A DNA stretch of 64,000 nt from Chiloscyllium plagiosum (Eukaryota). Made by a program: the position numbers and the translations under genes. The stretch spans positions 12,183,356-12,247,355 of the forward strand of contig NC_057754.1 in the NCBI RefSeq assembly GCF_004010195.1, in the 5' to 3' direction. Below are positions 60,108-64,000 of the stretch, in pieces. The notes below the pieces were generated by a model. It made no database searches. It was not told the origin of the DNA and was given only the letters and a program-made list of their open reading frames with translations. Positions within the stretch are counted from its first letter, which is position 1, and each line of letters opens with the position of its first letter.

Positions 60108-60301
60108 TGTTCAATATAGACAAGTACAATATGTCTTAATATCAAGTCCAAGATAATAATAAGTAGGTCCGCCGCTGCCATAGCCACGATGTATCGTATG
60201 GTACATTTGGAGAGACCACATTTTCGCCGATTCAGTATCACAACTGTTAGTATATTAACTGTTAGGGGAGAAAAAAGAGGAATTGTACGTTACTTTGCAT
60301 C
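60108..60301 (-). repeat. Partial duplicate of the GPCR intron/exon junction (copy of 59412-59600)
   Basis: Near-identical sequence; keeps the uninterrupted frame VNILTVVILNRRKCGLSKCTIRYIVAMAAADLL...VYIEQ. Confidence 0.9.
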
Positions 60302-62838
60302 AACTTTGATTCACTATTTCTTGGTATCACTACATTTGCTCCTGTTTTATATCGTGCGATAAAATAATTTTGTCTGGGACTATTTCTATAAAGTAATATG
60401 TTGGGATGTAAAATAGAACACTTTCTTTTAAACAGAGTCATAGTGAAATTTGTCAACCACATATTGGGTCATTTCGAATTATTCCCTCTTCCAAAGCATG
60501 GTTCAGTCACAGTCAAACTCTCAACATTCTGAATTGAATGCATCACAATAATTGGTGTTTGGGCATCATACCTTTAATTTAGGATATTACAAAGGAGGCA
60601 ACGATTTCGCTAACATTACCCTATTTCAGGTGGAACATGTGGGACATACGACAGACAGTGCAGTCCCTCAGATAATGACGGACTTATTTACTGCTAGCCG
60701 ATAGTCACAATGTCAAGAAGAACAACAAAACAGAGAAGGTCCTTTGGCCAACTGCGTCTGCGCTGAGCAGAAGAAACGCATTTAGACGTCTACAATACAT
60801 TTTCGAGGATAATTTCACACATTTGCCTGTTGCCATCAGCATGGAATATGGGACAATACTTTGGGCACCACACATTGTTGCTGATTTCTTTCTAGTTGAA
60901 ACGAAATTTTCGTTCTGGACGACAATTTCAATTTACTGGGAGTGATGCCTACCTAACTGAACAGATGCCTCAACGGTGGCAAAATTATGCATTTAAAATG
61001 CGTAATTAATCCTGGATTTAAATTATGAGTTTCCTTCCTGCATGCAGTAGTCATATTGCCAAATAAGATGTAGCAGCTCAAGGTAAACGTGGATGCATAA
61101 TAGTCAGGAGCAATCAAGAGTAAGAGATCCTCTTCTCTGAATTCTTGTGGGGTCTTAAGATGAACCTAGAGCACATCAGGTAGGAAACTTTCAATCCTTC
61201 CAATTTCTCTTTCAAGTCCTCTTCATTGCTGAAGCTTCTATGAAGGACTCTATGATGCTCTATGACTCTATTCTTGCACTTTTTTTGTTTTGCTTCAGAC
61301 AAAGATACTGTGTAATTACAACCCTCAATACACACACTGAAATAGCTCACCAAGTCTAATGACTACCAAGAATGCATGCTGTCGCTGCAAACGCAGCAGC
61401 TGGAAAGATTTTGTACATCGCCTCCCCTAACACTGCTATGACTAAATTACATACCATACTACACAATAATAAATCACATTCAAGACTGTGCTGGAACATG
61501 GTGACATTTTGTGAGCTGACTAGGGAAGATCGTTTACGTCCATGCTTTAAACTATTTTATAATTATTTAAAGTAATTATTCAAATTGATTCTAAAGCGTA
61601 ATTCCTTGTCTGTCTGAATTACTATCAATGTTCTCTTAAATCTGCCTTAAGGTTTAAAGTTTCCATGAGCTACAAACTCGACTCCTGTTGGTGGAAACAA
61701 ACACAAGCCCACCACACCTAAGGGTCTACCAACGTCCTGCAAGTCTAACCTACTCGTGGAATCCTAGAACCGAATCCCGTCCAGCCTGGAAGCAAGACCT
61801 GATCCCATACTGACGGACGTCAAGAAGGCCGACTTGAAAATGGCAAGACTTCCATGAGCGAGAGTCGCTCCTGGGATCCAGTGTAATTCAGTTAATCTAT
61901 CTGAGCTATAGACGTCTGTGTTGTTATCTAGCTGCTCTTGGGTTGTGCTAAAGATTCGTTCTATTGGTGTTATATTCAATTTTCTCTCCCAGATACTGAC
62001 CTCCCGTCTTACTCTCTCTCGATTCGCAGGTTGCTCGAAGTGATAATTGATTGAGAGAAATCACTTATTAATGGAAGTTGCAAAGCCTCCAGAGTGACAA
62101 TTAACATTCTTGGAAGCTGACGGTAAATCCATAAGCGAGACAATAGTTAGTATTCGAGCAAACAGATTCAGTTAACCATTCCCACTCCAACACCTATTGT
62201 ACCACGATGACTTGTGCATTCTAGAAGAGACGCAACCGGTTTGATTAACAGCTGCGAAATTTAAGCAGGAAGGAATAACACTAAACCTGCATCATTGGGC
62301 ATAGAATTCGAGCCTTCTAAAGCATAAGCTGGTAACAGATTTGTAAATGCTCATCAATGATAAATGCAGCCTAAAGAAGGTCAAGGCATAAAAAATATAC
62401 CACGGAATAATAATGTAATTGGTGGGACACGTCTAGAATGGTTCCTCGTGTAAAATCTTTCAATGTTTGAAATAGCTTTGAATAATTTAAGATACTACAT
62501 GGAATTTGTCAACAGGAATATATGAATGTGAGATTGTGATTCACTGAAAAAGTTCGCTGAAGGTGGAACGATTGAAGTTATATATAACGACTGCCAAAAT
62601 AAATCCTTTGTTCAAACGAAATCAGTCAGATGTTACAATCGATATGAACATATGTATGCAAATTGACATGGAACATCTTTTCTCTCGTCCAAAAATATTA
62701 TGTCTGATTTGATTGTCACAGAATTTTATTGCTGTGCTACTGGTCCACATATCTCTTGACCGCCCTGAATAGCACAGATCAGTCTCTCTCAGCCTTGAAT
62801 GAATTCAACAACATAGCGTTTGCATGTCATCTTCCTGC

Positions 62839-62909
62839 TGTAATTCAGTTAATCTATCTGAGCTATAGACGTCTGTGTTGTTATCTAGCTGCTCTTGGGT
62901 TGTGCTAAA
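62839..62909 (+). repeat. 71-bp exact direct duplicate of 61882-61952
   Basis: TGTAATTCAGTTAATCTATCTGAGCTATAGACGTCTGTGTTGTTATCTAGCTGCTCTTGGGTTGTGCTAAA occurs twice. Confidence 0.9.
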
Positions 62910-62952
62910 TACCTTATCATACAGGATCTCTGTTAATTCCACTTCAACTTGT

Positions 62953-63252
62953 GGGCGGCACAGTGGCACAGTGGTCAGCACTGCTGTCTCACAGCGCCAG
63001 AGACCCACGTTCAATTCCAGCCTCAGGCTACTGACTGTGTGGAGTTTGCGTATTCTCCCCGTGTCTGCCTGGGTTTCCTCCCACAGTCCAAAAATGTGTA
63101 GATTAGGTGAATTGACCATGCTAAATTGCCTGTAGTGTTAGGGGCAGGGGTGAATGTAGGAGAATGGGTCTGGGTGGGTTGCGCTTCGGCGGGTCAGTGT
63201 GGACTTATTGGGCCGAAGGGCCTGTTTCCACACTGTAAGTAATCTAATCTAA
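62953..63252 (+). mobile_element. HE1-type SINE
   Basis: GGGCGGCACAGTGGCACAGTGGTCAGCACTG head and TAATCTAATCTAA tail. Confidence 0.92.
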
Positions 63253-64000
63253 ACTTTCCTAGCTGTACCCTTTGGTCTCTCCTGTAACAACTTTATGACC
63301 TCGGTACCACACAGTCAGGAAAAATTCCAGGATATGTTTCCTGCAATAGTTCAGTTGCCTGATTTTGCACTGGCTTTTCAAACACACTAGGCAGCACTTC
63401 TACCGGTGAGTCAGCTATATCATTAGCAAGGACAAATTCCTGGAGCTGTGAGTTTGTCCAGTACTCCTATCACAAATTCTCCATTCTTCGCTGGACACAT
63501 GAACTGACTGTACATAATTGGGCGCTTTTTATCTCATCGTGAATTCCTGTCACTCGTACCTTTTGTGGCAATAGTCATTCAGAAGTACATCTCTCCTTAT
63601 CAATCAGCATCATAGACTTACAGTATCCTGTGCCTCTTAATATTGTCACATCTTTACCAGCTGCTCCTGCCCTATGAGAATAAACTTTAGATCCATAGGT
63701 ATTTAGTTGATGAAGATCTGTCACTTCCTCCTTAATCAGCTTCCAACAAAGTTGTAGTCTGATGCATCTTTCTAGCCTCCACTGTGCTTTATGTTACCAC
63801 TCCAACAAAATTCACTGGTTCATCCTGTTTTCCTACATCAGACTCCCCAGTGTTTTTCCTTACCCATTAGTGCTGTGTTTTCATGTGGCCTACTTTGTTG
63901 CAGTGGAAACTGCGGAGCATTTTAATTTCGCTTTCCCCTTTAAGGGTTTGCTTTTTACCTTATGGTAAGTTATCCTTATAGTCTTCACCCACTTCTACTT

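Noticed and set aside
60302..64000. Search for GPCR exon 1
   Set aside because: No convincing N-terminus/TM1 exon with a donor was found; it probably lies outside the window.

Overview
Repeat-dense vertebrate DNA with two N gaps (37014-37639, 43460-43959). The repeat families (HE1-type tRNA SINEs, CR1/HER1-type LINEs, Penelope-derived repeats, a Deu-domain SINE) point to a cartilaginous fish, probably a shark; this is inference. One apparently intact gene is present: a 12-finger C2H2 zinc-finger ORF (21534-22577, +), likely driven by a CpG/CCAAT/NRF1 promoter at about 0.9-1.4 kb. Four decayed zinc-finger paralog relics (about 17.4, 31.3-34.1, 43.3 and 53.3 kb) and an inverted decayed copy of the promoter (16.6 kb) show birth-and-death turnover. 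A GPR139/GPR142-like GPCR exon (58655-59557, -) is pseudogenised. Most of the remainder is nested retroelements, solo LTRs and one CpG-rich Tigger-like MITE. The most notable signals are (i) hammerhead-ribozyme motifs in Penelope-derived repeats, including a palindromic double-hammerhead insert with a perfect 13-bp TSD inside the promoter, and (ii) several short local duplications on the 5' side of SINE/LINE insertions. All calls are by eye; CR1 boundaries are approximate.
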